A stretch of 63,398 nucleotides of DNA, the filler included, from Globobulimina sp. (lineage: Eukaryota): NCBI GenBank assembly GCA_003354225.1. It is 45 parts of 45 records of this genome, joined end to end, with 100 filler letters (N's around TTAATTAATTAA, not from the genome) between each part and the next. Parts side by side here need not be neighbours in the genome. Positions count along the whole stretch, not along the records: positions 1 to 1,312 come from PIVH01018885.1; positions 1,413 to 2,724 come from PIVH01018886.1; positions 2,825 to 4,136 come from PIVH01018887.1; positions 4,237 to 5,548 come from PIVH01018888.1; positions 5,649 to 6,960 come from PIVH01018889.1; positions 7,061 to 8,372 come from PIVH01018890.1; positions 8,473 to 9,784 come from PIVH01018891.1; positions 9,885 to 11,196 come from PIVH01018892.1; 37 more parts are not named here. One strand, written 5' to 3'. The notes under the pieces are model-generated. The model did not search any database, was not told the DNA's origin, and saw only the letters and a program-made list of their open reading frames with translations. The translations under genes were made by a program, and so were the position numbers. This document shows positions 1 to 12,030 of the stretch, in pieces (position 1 is the stretch's first letter; every line of letters starts with the position of its first letter).

Positions 1-103
1 AAAAAAAAGAAAACACTCAAAGCAATCAAAAAAAACAAGTTCCGATTTAGATGCACGCGACGCCGCAATACAATCATTTTTATTACAAATTGAAGAATTA
101 TCA

Positions 104-391
104 TTGGAAAATATTAAATTACAAAAACAAAATGAAAAATTAAAACAGGAAAACAAATTTTATAAACATAACGAAAAAAAAATAGAAACCGAAAAGCATA
201 AATTACAAAATGAAAGATTAAAATTAGAAAATTTAAAAAATGAAATAAAATTAAAATCAACACAACTTCAAAGGGAAATATCAGTGATACAACAATTATT
301 TCAGAGTGGCAATCAAAGATTACAACAGTTGAATCTTGATTTCTTGTCAAATCCTAAAAATACTACAAAAATTGAACCAATCAATGATTAA
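104..391 (+). CDS. Coiled-coil protein, C-terminal fragment (frame open upstream)
   Basis: Heptad-like K/E/Q/L-rich ORF ending in TAA. Confidence 0.5.
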   Translation: MENIKLQKQNEKLKQENKFYKHNEKKIETEKHKLQNERLKLENLKNEIKLKSTQLQREISVIQQLFQSGNQRLQQLNLDFLSNPKNTTKIEPIND

Positions 392-539
392 ATCTATATA
401 ATATTTTCGCTTATTTACTTGTGGAAATGTTGTATTGTAAATTAATTGTGATATGTTGTTATACTTTTTATTTATTGCCTTCATTCATTATTTATTGCGT
501 TTTGAAGACAAATTCATAAAACATCAATTCAACGAAAAC

Positions 540-1311
540 ATGGCAGATAAAAAAGCGCAATCAGAGGATGAACAATCTTTAATTCCCGTAATAAAAACAT
601 TGAAACGCCAAGACAGTAAAATTACGGCTGGAATTAGAACAAGATGGAAAGAGCAAAAAAATACGTTTTTAGATTGGATAGAACATGAAGAAAATTTGGA
701 TGTTTATCAAGTTGCTTCAGTTCTGTATGAAACCACAGGTTTAACCAATCCAGAGACATGGAAGGCGATTTTAAAAGTGTTTGTTTGTTCCTCCCTGCAA
801 ATATTTGGAATGATATATTTGTGCTGCTATTTTATGTTCCTTCAAGATAGTGATGAAGAGGCTGAAGGATTAACTGGATGGGAGTATGTTAAACATATTA
901 TATTTATTTATATTTAATTTATAATTTACATACTTTTATGCAGTAAATATTGTCGCATGGACGAAGGCTCAGAAGCAAATGATTCAATTCCACTCAAATT
1001 ATTGTCCATTTTTTTTGCGGCATGGATTAGTTTGGTTTTAGCGGATCAAATTGTAGATGTTTCCAGCTATGGGCTATATTCATTTGGTACTCAACAACCT
1101 GTTTTTGTGAATAATGTTATAATTTATTTAGGTTTATTTTCCAATTTCTTTGTCGCTATGATATGCTGGGTATCTTCTATGGCATTGATGTATTTTAGTG
1201 ATAATGTAATTGATTTAATTTTAAATGGTTTAGCTTTATATTTTATTAAAGAAATTGATGATGAAATGGTATTTGGGCATGGTATGTTGTATATATATGA
1301 TATACTTTTAA
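540..1311 (+). CDS. Multi-pass membrane protein, two exons, 3' truncated
   Basis: ATG at 540 (MADKK); GT-AG intron 884-943 joins two hydrophobic ORFs in frame. Confidence 0.7.
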
Positions 1312-1412
1312 TNNNNNNNNNNNNNNNNNNNNNNNNNNNNNNNNNNNNNNNNNNNNTTAATTAATTAANNNNNNNNNNNNNNNNNNNNNNNNNNNNNNNN
1401 NNNNNNNNNNNN
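1312..1412. other. Artificial contig linker (N-run + TTAATTAATTAA + N-run), first of ~44 copies spaced ~1.41 kb apart
   Basis: Identical six-frame-stop 12-mer embedded in Ns; contigs between linkers are all ~1310-1312 bp, suggesting a size-sorted assembly. Confidence 0.99.
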
Positions 1413-2724
1413 CTATGGTTGCAAATAATTGTATCCATAACGGAGAAATTGGACAATGCCCAACATACCCAATTATTGGATCATTTGCATACCATGCTAT
1501 TGATTGACACGGATATAGGATTTGAAGCTTATCACTTATGTGCTGATGATGAGCATGAATGCCATGACCCATTGAAGACAATCATGAAAGGAATCAGCTT
1601 GAATGCGCCCTCTCCATTTCCTGATTTTGGCTGGAATATAATTACGCGATGCGCCTATTATCATTCGTGTTGGTTTGAGTGCTTAGACATTATCAACAAT
1701 TATTTGAATAAGATCTTATCCATTCCTCAACATAGCACAAAATACCGTGCTGCCGAAGGATATGATATTATTGAAACCTCTGAGTTTCGGTTAGTAGCGG
1801 ATTTATTTGATGACTTATACAGTAATCAATTGTTATGTGATGACATCGCAACATCATTTTGGAAGACTCGTTCTACATATTCTGGTACGATATGCGCACT
1901 GACACTGAAACAGTTTAGTTATTGGGATCGGGTACAACATCAATTGTGGAAATGCCAACAAAAACATAATAAGAAATCTTCCAATGAAAAAAACAAAAAA
2001 ATTAAAATATCGGAAGCTGAATCTCGTTTATGGCAAAAAGACTGGTTATTAGCCTGTAAGAAATTAGGTCATTGGGCCATATTAGAACAACGCGCGAATG
2101 ATCAGAAAATACCGGCTTTGCAGTTAGAAGCACAGTGCCAATTAGGACATTGGTATGATTTTAATAATTTATTACAATTCCATGATGAAGCCAGCGATGA
2201 TCCGGAACATTGTACGTTTCAGTCGTATTTATATTTATTATATCAGCAACTGAGCAAAGCCATAGCTCCGAATGGGTTCAATTTCGATGAAATCAATCCA
2301 AATAATTTTGATCTACCGCAAAATGGACATCATCATCACTCACATTATCATAAAAAACATAATCATAACAACCACAATAATATAAATCAACAGCAAATAT
2401 TGGCCACGGACATAAAAACGGATAAACTAATTGCCATTATCAGCAAAGATATGCCACGTATCATCGCCAGAAGTTTTCTGAAATTGCCTGAATTTATATC
2501 CTCGATACATTTCAAATTACTACATAACTGCCATTTGTTTGTGGAGATTGAAGAAGGTATAAAATGTCTGGATAAAACACGCGATTTGTTCCGGCAACAC
2601 CAGATATTATCGGAAGGTCAACGGCAAATAATTGAAGAACCGATAAAAAAAGTAATCAATCGGTGGCGGTTACGGTTACCAAACATTTACGAAGGATTGG
2701 ACATTTGGAGCGATATTTTTTCGT
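1413..2724 (+). CDS. TRRAP: TRRAP/Tra1 (PIKK pseudokinase) FAT-region fragment
   Basis: Motifs 'EAESRLWQKDW..KKLGHW..L' and 'RWRLRLPN...IWSDIFS' match the Tra1/TRRAP FAT domain. Confidence 0.8.
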
Positions 2725-2826
2725 NNNNNNNNNNNNNNNNNNNNNNNNNNNNNNNNNNNNNNNNNNNNTTAATTAATTAANNNNNNNNNNNNNNNNNNNN
2801 NNNNNNNNNNNNNNNNNNNNNNNNAT

Positions 2827-2985
2827 AAGAAAATTTTATATAAAATGACACCTAAACATTCATCCAGCAAACTACATGAAAATGAATCAAGCACAGCGAC
2901 AGAAAATGAATCGAGCACAACAACAGAAAATGAATCAAGCACAGCCAAAAATGATGAGGAACACGTCATAGTTGATGGAAGATAG
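2827..2985 (+). CDS. C-terminal fragment carrying three 24-bp tandem units (ENESSTAT/ENESSTTT/ENESSTAK)
   Basis: Open frame from the contig edge to TAG at 2983-2985; direct repeats at ~2878-2950. Confidence 0.55.
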   Translation, partial: KKILYKMTPKHSSSKLHENESSTATENESSTTTENESSTAKNDEEHVIVDGR

Positions 2986-3156
2986 AAACATTTTTTTTTA
3001 ATTTATTTAGTTTATTAATTATAGACATTTTATTCTAGTTATATACAATTAACATTTAATAGAAGTTATTGCTTTTTTTTGCATGTTGAGGTTCTTTTTA
3101 GTGTGAATAAACTAATGACTTCATTGAAAAACCTTGAGTAAGTTTTTGGCGCACAA

Positions 3157-4036
3157 TTATAATTTAGGTTTACCTGTAAATACAGATTGTACAAATGCAA
3201 TTATTTTAGCAACCACAGGATCAATATGCATCGCAACGAAATGTTTATCCCCATATTTGCCACCACTTGACGTAAATCCGTGTGGCTGCGATGACTTTTC
3301 AAACTTACTAAATTTCGCAATATCTGCCTTTTTACGTACACTCGCTTCCACTTTCTCTTTCTCAAAATCACCATCCGTTTGAACATAATAAATTGGTTTT
3401 TTTAATGCGTCACAATCCGCTTCGTTGATTTTTGCGCCATGCAATGAAATAACTCCACGGATTCCATCAATATCCATTGCACCAACTTTCAACGATGCAT
3501 TGCCTCCCCAGCATTGACCACAGATTACCATCAAATTTGCTTTGCATTCTTTTTGGACAAAGGGTATTACGGTCGATGTGAATTCCTTTAATAAATTATC
3601 CAAATCCCCCTCATTTGTCCACCAATCACCAAACGTGCTGTGTTTTTATTTTATATTTTTTTCAAATATTTATGTGGTTTTTTTCAGTTTGAAACTGAAA
3701 AAATTAAAATATAACATGCCTCCAATCAGGTTTGCGAGAAAATGGTTTATCCCTTAAATAATTGGGTACGATCACCATATATTTACCGTTGCCAGCTTCA
3801 CATACTTTGTCGTAAAATTCTAACGTATTGTTACTTTTTGCAAAATCACATTCTAAGTGTTCATCAGCAGCAAGATTATGAAAACCAAAAATATCGTAAA
3901 ATACACAGATCGCATTGGGACCTTCTCCAACCACATATACTTCTAAATCTTTGCCAAGCGACTTGATTACTTTTATTTCGCCTTTGGGTTTATATAATTC
4001 TGCTTCTTTCACTTCTGACGCTTTTTCCTCTGCCAT
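3157..4036 (-). CDS. Dienelactone hydrolase family protein, two exons, PTS1-like C-terminus (-PKL)
   Basis: 'YDIFG', 'GQCWGG' nucleophile elbow and 'HGF'; intron 3638-3719 with a GC donor restores the frame. Confidence 0.88.
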
Positions 4037-4236
4037 GGTTTTAATGGGTTTAGCTAAGCCTTTATGCACAAAAAACAAAAAACAAAATCAGATGATTGCT
4101 GCATAAAAATTCCATCACAATTGCAAGATTAAAAAANNNNNNNNNNNNNNNNNNNNNNNNNNNNNNNNNNNNNNNNNNNNTTAATTAATTAANNNNNNNN
4201 NNNNNNNNNNNNNNNNNNNNNNNNNNNNNNNNNNNN

Positions 4237-5548
4237 GATGACGAATACGAAATATTCAATGATACTAAACGCATATTGAGACAGGGATATCTTTCAAAGA
4301 AATCCGCCTATTTAAAAATTCCAAGAAAGCGATGGATTGTATTACATGGAGTCAAATTATATTCATTCAAAGATAATGAGTGTCATCATCCGACAGAAAT
4401 ATTTGATCTGACAGAATATGATAAAATTTCCCATTCAGAACATTCAATTACTGCTAGTTTTAAACTGCAGTCATCATTATCTGCAAAATCACGAGAGTTT
4501 ATAGCATCGGATAGGAACGAAATGTATGAATGGATAAAGTTTATAACATATATTCAATGGACACACATTGCATTATCTGTCATTGCAAAACGAAGCAATT
4601 GTTGTGTTGTGAAAAAAATTAAATTGTATTTAAAATATGATCCATCACTGTTATTATTAGATATTATCAACTATATAATCACGCAAATTGAAGCTAAATA
4701 TTATCCACAAAAATTATGGCTTCGTAGAATCAGATCAGAGTCATTTACAGGCGAAACATATTCAAATCATAGTTGTGTACATCCAGATTCATTAAACGCA
4801 CCCATTACAAATTGGAAATATTCGGATATTCAAAAAAAAGGATTATATTTGATTTTTGATAATATATTTGTTCATAAAATATCAAATCTCAAAATATCCT
4901 GTCAATATATGCTCCGCGGCCAAGAGCACAGCAATACAAATAATCCATTACAATGCCCAGTTTATTATGATATGATACATTCACATGAATATAGTCCAGA
5001 TAATATCCGTCATTTGCATGAATATATACATTTTAAAAATGAACATTTTGAGAAACCATTGTGTAAAATGTCGCAAAATTGTGTTTTTTACAAGCGATTA
5101 GAACATGGTGAATATGGAATGTGTGATATTTATCATCTGAAATTATGGAAACATCCAGCACGGTCCGCCAGAGCTATTCGTATGCAACACAATATGCTGC
5201 AATTAGTGGTGCATTCGCATGGAAATAATGGTATTTATGCCTCATTTGCAATACAACCACGTATTTATGATTTAATCCGAGAAGTAATAAGAAATAAATA
5301 TAAGTCTGATTTGTTTTTTTCAAAATCTGATCGCAAAAATCGACATTATTCAATTTTGGATGCAGTTAATGATAAATATGATTGTTTTCGACATCAAAGC
5401 ATGAATAAACCGCTTAACAAAACTGAAATATTAGCTCTATTTTTATATACAAATTGTGAATGTGCTTATGACCTAAGTCAATGTCAAAGAAATGGAAATT
5501 ATAAAAAATGGGTGTTTTTTGATTATCATTTATTTCAAGCTATATACA
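4237..5548 (+). CDS. PH-domain protein with a lineage-specific C-terminal region, possibly leading into an ADP-ribosyltransferase-like domain; truncated
   Basis: PH motif 'RQGYLSKKS..KRWIVL..LYSFK..EWIKFI'; ends 'ALFLYT..YDL..QR.G.Y.KW..FD..L..AI'. Confidence 0.7.
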
Positions 5549-6006
5549 NNNNNNNNNNNNNNNNNNNNNNNNNNNNNNNNNNNNNNNNNNNNTTAATTAA
5601 TTAANNNNNNNNNNNNNNNNNNNNNNNNNNNNNNNNNNNNNNNNNNNNAATTTTAATAGTTTTAATATTTTAATAGTAAATGAATATAATGTCTGTATAA
5701 GAATAGATTTTGCAAACAAAATTAACACGAAATAGTTTATAAACACACACAAAAATAACAAAACAAAAATAATATAAAAAAAACAAACATGACACACTTA
5801 CAAACTTCGAATTCATTGAATGAGAGAAACAAACAAATCACTTTAAACATAGCACAACAAAGAAACTAAACCATTATTATAACAATTCACTTTTAATAAT
5901 TATAACAATTGCGATGCAGACTTAGATTTAGCAGTTATTTTAGGATAATTTCTTTTATGTTCCATCTGTATATTCATACTGATTTGTTTATATATATCCG
6001 ATTTGT

Positions 6007-6468
6007 TTATATATATTTAACTGATATATCATTCACAGCGCCACTCCGATGAGGTTTTGGCGAAAATAATTCTTCAAAATATGCAGAATCATCACATTTA
6101 ATGCTTATGGGCTCCAAATTTGAGAAATCCAGTCGTCGTAAATATGCAGAACCCATTGGGATGGATATATTGGCCGCTTTTTGTATGATTTCCATTGATT
6201 TTTTGGATGGAGTTGACTTTGCATTTTGTAGCGATTCACTCAATGATTTGCTGATTGTTTTTTTTAACAAAGTCGTTGCATTGTTGGAAAGGGATCGGGA
6301 TAATCTTTTGATTGAATATAGTAAATAGCCTCCACACGACGCAGTGGTGCTGGTGTTGTTGCTGTTGGTGTTGGTGGTGTTGGTGGTGCTGGTCTCATAT
6401 TCGGTGCAATCAGATACTACGTCTATTATATGGTTACTGTTATCTGCAACAGGCTGTGTGGAAGACAT
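6007..6468 (-). CDS. Hypothetical Ser/Thr-rich protein
   Basis: ORF starting MSSTQPV with eukaryote-like low complexity; no domain recognised. Confidence 0.45.
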   Translation of the reverse strand: MSSTQPVADNSNHIIDVVSDCTEYETSTTNTTNTNSNNTSTTASCGGYLLYSIKRLSRSLSNNATTLLKKTISKSLSESLQNAKSTPSKKSMEIIQKAANISIPMGSAYLRRLDFSNLEPISIKCDDSAYFEELFSPKPHRSGAVNDISVKYI

Positions 6469-7200
6469 TTGCCAGCGGAATTTGAAAAAAAAAACCCAAA
6501 AAAAAACAAAAAAACTTAAGGCCAATAGGCATTTTTGCTTTATCGTAAAAATCTATTTTGTAACAGAAAAAACTGATTTTTTCCGTTTAAAAACAGATTT
6601 TTACGATAAAGCAAAAATGCCGAATGTTTTATGATCGTTTTATTTTTATTATTTTAGTGTTAGTCGCTCGTTTCATTATCGTTTTTAACCGTAAATAACA
6701 CAAAATTACCAGAAAGTTTCTTTTCGAAATCAAAACAAACATAATACGCTAACAACACACACAGAAAAGCTTAAATTAAGCAAAAAAAGATGCAAACACC
6801 AATCAATCATCAATGTCGAGACCGATTACAACGAAATAGAGTAACAGACTAATAACACAACAAAAAGCAAAAAGCAAAAAGCAAAAAACAAAAAACAAAA
6901 TAATTAAAGGATACAAAACAAAATAAATGCACATAGTTACTATTTAAATAATACATTGTANNNNNNNNNNNNNNNNNNNNNNNNNNNNNNNNNNNNNNNN
7001 NNNNTTAATTAATTAANNNNNNNNNNNNNNNNNNNNNNNNNNNNNNNNNNNNNNNNNNNNTGCGAATCTAATCTAATCTGTGATATATATCATATCATAT
7101 CGATAACAAACCAAACCATGCAAAAGACAATAAAATAATAAAAAAGAAAAAAAAGAGGAAAAAGGAAAAGGAAAAAAAAGAAAAAAGGACAAAAGTTAAG

Positions 7201-8372
7201 TTAAAATACAGACCATCGTCTTTTAGAATTTTTATATTGTGATTTGTGCTGTTTATTAATGACTTTTATTTTTTCTCTTAACGATTCTAAATCAATTCGC
7301 GTTCTCCAAACATCGTTTTCAGCAATTTTGGTATTTCGGGTGTTTCTGACCTCGTGGTCCAACTCTTCGATTCTTTCCTCTAACTCGGATAATATTTGCT
7401 CGATGGACTCGTATTCTTTCGTTGATTGTACGATTGGGTTATTGGCCTCGCGCGATATCTCAATAAATTGCTTTCGTAACGCGGCAATGTCGTCGATTAA
7501 TTTGCGTTGCAATATGGGGTCGACTTGGCGTTCTTTGGTCTCATGCGATCGTAAAAAATTACCGCTATGATTGCGCGATTGCGGCCGATTCCGATCACGA
7601 AAATCAACCTCAACTTGCAACTTATCCATTTTATATAACAGTTGACCTTTTTTTTTCAAATCGCGCAATTTGCGCAAAGCCTGCACCCACATTTTCATCT
7701 CATCCACGCTCTTTGCCACCAAATTCAATGATTTCTTCTTATTATCATAGATTATGCTGAAAGAGGCCGGGGTCAATGTGGTCCACGCGATGCGTCGGAA
7801 CTCTTTGGTGTGCTGCCCCGTCAATATCTCATTGATGACCCCCACATTGATCGAGCTTTGCTGCAACTTTTTCTTGGATGAAAACCAGCGTAAATGCTCG
7901 TTGTCCGATGTTAAGTTAAATTGACGAAAGTGTGGATATCCGCGACGGCCATACTTCAACAAAGCGGTTCCGCGGTGCAACTCTGGCAACACATTGTAAT
8001 ACGAATACTTTTTCTCTTTCTCTTTCTCTTTCCTCTCGCTTTGCTCTTTGTCCTTCTCCTTATTCGCGATCAATCCCTCTGCTTTTAATTGTTTCTGTCG
8101 CTCAGAATGAATATTTACAGGCTCCGTATGCCTTTTTTTAAAGTGTGGCTCTTTTTGCTTTTGCTTTTGCTTTGAATTGATTTGCGAGATAGGAACGTTA
8201 CCAATCAATGTTGGATCGAATTTGTTGTGTAGTGATTCGAAGGCACGTTGGTTTTGCGATATATTTTGCTTATTTGCAGTGGCAATCCTTCTTTTTTTCT
8301 TTCGCGTCGATTGTTTGGTTGGTGGCGATATCTTTAAATCATCATAATTTGCTTTCTTAAATGAGTTTAATA
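7201..8372 (-). CDS. PLC-type PH domain plus coiled coil, 5' truncated
   Basis: 'GTALLKYGRRGYPHFRQFNL..LRWFSSKK..FSIIY..SLNLVAKS..W' is typical of PLC-like PH domains. Confidence 0.8.
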
Positions 8373-8472
8373 NNNNNNNNNNNNNNNNNNNNNNNNNNNN
8401 NNNNNNNNNNNNNNNNTTAATTAATTAANNNNNNNNNNNNNNNNNNNNNNNNNNNNNNNNNNNNNNNNNNNN

Positions 8473-9216
8473 TTACTTTCATTAATCTCAGCTTTCCGTT
8501 TATGATCTTTCCTCAGCTCATACACACTCAATTCGCCTTTTTTGTCACTCTCATTGTCTCGATCATGAGTCCAATTCATATCACTGTCGTTTTGCTTACT
8601 TATAAACCGATCTATTTGTGTTGGTATAGATGTAATCACAGTGGTGACCATAGCATCATTCTCGTATTGTACCTCATTGTTATCCTCATCATTGTGTCCA
8701 TTTGCATGCGTTAACTCATTTATATCCACAATGCTGTCACTATCATTCTCCTCATCCTCTGGCTCTGGCTCTGGCTCTGGCTCGGACATTGGCACATTAT
8801 CATCTCCGATGTTATAATCTTGCTCCAAAAAAACTGAAATAGGATCATCAATATGACCGCCTTTAATCAGATATTCAGTCTCTTGTTCTCTCCGCTCTTT
8901 TATCCATTCGATATGTTGCTGATCTTGCAAATGAACCAAAGCTTTGGCTGCCTTGATACGCCGTTCTTGCTTTCTCTTTGCAAATCCAGTCACAAATTCA
9001 CTGCAAAATAATGTAAAATTTGTGAAATGTCGTTAATTGATAACAAAAACACATAAAAAAAACAAACATTCGCTCTGCATCATTAAAAGTAACCTCATCT
9101 GGTCTCACAATGTATTTCGTACGTTGTGGCATCCCCTTCTTTCTTTTATATTGTTTGCTTGTTTTAGCGTTTTTATTCTTGTATTTATGCCGTCTGGTTG
9201 AATATTTTGGAGGCAT
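8473..9216 (-). CDS. RRP17: Ribosome biogenesis factor RRP17/NOL12 (Nop25 family), two exons, 3' truncated
   Basis: 'EVTFNDAER|IEFVTGFAKRKQERR' after removing GT-AG intron 9001-9067. Confidence 0.85.
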
Positions 9217-9448
9217 TATTTATAGAAAAACTTCAAATTAAAGCACTTTGTTAACACAAATCACTCAAAAAAAAAACACAAAGTTCACTCTATAAATAAA
9301 CAAACAAATTCAGTAAAAAGAAATATAATTATATACTTTATATTATTCGCTTTGATAAAGGAAGGCTAGCTCTGAACCAAAAAAACACCAATTTATATCA
9401 AAGGTAACACGGAATTAACATTCATGTGTTTTGCCTGCATCAGAATCC

Positions 9449-9784
9449 CTAATGGTGATCTCTTAATAATTCCACCTCCTCCGCTTCCACCACCGGTGTA
9501 TCTGCAACATCATCTTCTTTATCCTCCCTAATATTATTCTTTTGAATATTAATGGTCCCATACACTTTAATAAACCCTGTCGTCATTGCACAGATCACAA
9601 CAGCTGATGCTAATAACACCACCGACATTAAAAACAATCTCATTTCAGTTTCATTCAAATACCGGTCGCCATCGACAGATATTTTTTCTACTTTTTCCAC
9701 CCCGACAGCATAAGCGTTTGATACTAAGGCAGCTTCAACGAAGTCATAGATGGTTTTCTGGTTTCCGATAATTATCGATTGATC
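9449..9784 (-). CDS. C-terminal fragment of a single-pass membrane protein
   Basis: One hydrophobic helix followed by an acidic tail. Confidence 0.5.
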   Translation of the reverse strand, partial: DQSIIIGNQKTIYDFVEAALVSNAYAVGVEKVEKISVDGDRYLNETEMRLFLMSVVLLASAVVICAMTTGFIKVYGTINIQKNNIREDKEDDVADTPVVEAEEVELLRDHH

Positions 9785-10181
9785 NNNNNNNNNNNNNNNN
9801 NNNNNNNNNNNNNNNNNNNNNNNNNNNNTTAATTAATTAANNNNNNNNNNNNNNNNNNNNNNNNNNNNNNNNNNNNNNNNNNNNTTAATTTTAAATTTTT
9901 TATTATATTTTTTTGTTTTTCTTTGTTTTTTTTTTTCGTTTTTCGTTTTTTTTTTGTTTTTTTTCCTTTTTTTCCTTTTCTTTTTTTCCCCAAAATGTTG
10001 TTCTTTCTCTCTCAATGGGACAACATTGCTAAGTATCAAAGTTAATTATAATTATTAATATGTACACGTATTTTGTATGACTTCTAATTTTGTGCAAGGA
10101 TGTTGTTACTTTTTTGTGACTAGCTGTTGAGTGTATATATAAATCAGTATATAATAGTTATATATATAAATAATAGTTTAT

Positions 10182-11196
10182 TTACAATTTAGATTTTAAC
10201 GCTTTAATCTGTTGATCATTTGGTAATTTATAGCCTTGCTTTTTTAACATTTCCCTTACAGTTTTTTTTGATAACTTCCCCGTTGATGTCATTGGTATAT
10301 CCTCCCAAAATAATACGTCATCGGGCACCTGAAACCTCGCAAATTTAGACCTAATATGCCTCAATACTTGCTTTTTACTCAATTTCTTATTTTTAACTAA
10401 CTTAACAATAACCACTGGTCTTTCTCTCCATTTTGCATGTTCTACACCAACAACACACGCTAATTCAACCTCTGCTAACTGCATTGCATAATTTTCCATA
10501 TCTACACTCGAAATCCATTCACCGCCACTTTTTATTAAATCTTTACTCCGATCAGTTATTTTCAAGATATTTTGCGGATTTATTGAACAAATATCACCAG
10601 TTTTTAACCATCCATCAATAAAATTATTTGCTTTTGCATTCTGAAAATACATCTTTGTGGCACATGGTCCTCTCACCAACAACTCGCCAACTTCCACGCC
10701 ATCTTTTTTTCTTTCTTGACTCATATTTTCTGGATTCACCAATTTTGTTTCTAACAATGGATCCAATACGCCCTGAACCAGCACATTTTTTGTTTGTTCT
10801 TCAGATGATTTGAATAAATCAGCTCTGGTTTGGATGCGTTGTCCCAAACTTCCAGGAAACACTTCACTCATTGCCCAACCATGCAAAACCTCAATTTGCC
10901 ATTCATCCCATAACCAGGTTACAAGATACTGTATATAAAAATATGAGAACCAAAAAAGTATTTCCTTTCAAATGTACGCATTTCCTGCCACATAACTGGA
11001 GGCACAGCGGATCCACCGGTCAGAAAGGATAATTTTGCCCGGAATGGCTCATATTTTTTAGCATTCTGTTTCAATGCATTTGCCAGTCCTAATATCATAG
11101 TGGGAACGCCCAGCATTTTGGTAGCTCTTTCCTGCAGACAAAAGTCTAACAATTCATCAAAATTATAACAATTATTTGGAAATAATGAACAAAATC
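10182..11196 (-). CDS. Acyl-CoA ligase of the bacterial-type AlkK/DmdB-like group, with intron and PTS1 (-SKL); 5' truncated
   Basis: 'TGGSAVPP', 'GWAMSE', 'GWLKTGD', 'DRSKDLIKSGGEWISSVDMEN', 'TGKLSK'; intron 10929-10996. Confidence 0.9.
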
Positions 11197-11296
11197 NNNN
11201 NNNNNNNNNNNNNNNNNNNNNNNNNNNNNNNNNNNNNNNNTTAATTAATTAANNNNNNNNNNNNNNNNNNNNNNNNNNNNNNNNNNNNNNNNNNNN

Positions 11297-12030
11297 GCTA
11301 TTTATAATAGTTTCCATGGTCAAATCCAAATGAACTCCTACATATTATACATAAAGCAATTTGTATTCAACTGCGAATTGGCGTCGTACGTTAAAAAAAC
11401 AGATTGTAAAAAACAAAAACAACTGAACAACAAATTACGGTTCAGATGTGTTTTCGCAATGGAAACACTATAAAATGACATACAATCCATATCGTTATGC
11501 ATCCACGATAACGCTGCAACAATTTGCCATGTGATATATTTGCATATTTTTCGCCAATGGGATACTTTTAATTTGCCCTTTTTAATGTATTTATGTGCTT
11601 TATCCACAAATTGTTTTAATGTCATATTGCCACAGTATTCAAGCACTACATAATACGCCTCAGCTGAATCAAAAAAGGATAACAATTTGCAAATTGCGCT
11701 GCCAACGGGATTGTTGTCCACCGTTAAATGATGCAAAATTATTGCTTCTTTCACAATATTCTCATCCACTACGATGTTCATGCCATTCTCGTCAATGGTT
11801 ATACGTTTGTTATGCAACGTTTTAAGTGTTTTTTTTATCACAACCCTGCGTGTCTTTGCTTTGGCAATGCCAGGTTCTGCAGCTGGTATTGTCTCGCCTT
11901 GATATATAGCGCCTTGGAGGGAGTTTTTCATTTTGCCAATCTTTCTAAATCCGTGCATAGCTAATATTGTATCATCATTTGAATAATTTATTGTGTGCGT
12001 TGGAATAAAGAATTCCTTTTTTTGGGGCAT
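11297..12030 (-). CDS. Divergent Ser/Thr protein kinase (HLD-type catalytic loop), truncated and possibly disabled
   Basis: 'VVIKK', 'ENIVKEA', 'YVVLEYCG'; after intron 11338-11483 reads 'VHLDLTMET'. Confidence 0.75.

Noticed and set aside
9833-10039. Lys-rich ORF, and similar short ORFs at 5597, 33921, 34115, 34678 and antisense to real genes
   Set aside because: They arise from poly-A/T tracts, microsatellites or antisense shadows and show no protein motifs
11336-11484. TGA created by splicing at an expected Cys position in the kinase, suggesting UGA reassignment
   Set aside because: TGA clearly terminates other host genes (after -AKL at 56623, TIP41 at 61524, MYND at 14995). An alternative acceptor 3 nt downstream or pseudogene status explains it, and the catalytic-loop Asn is also missing
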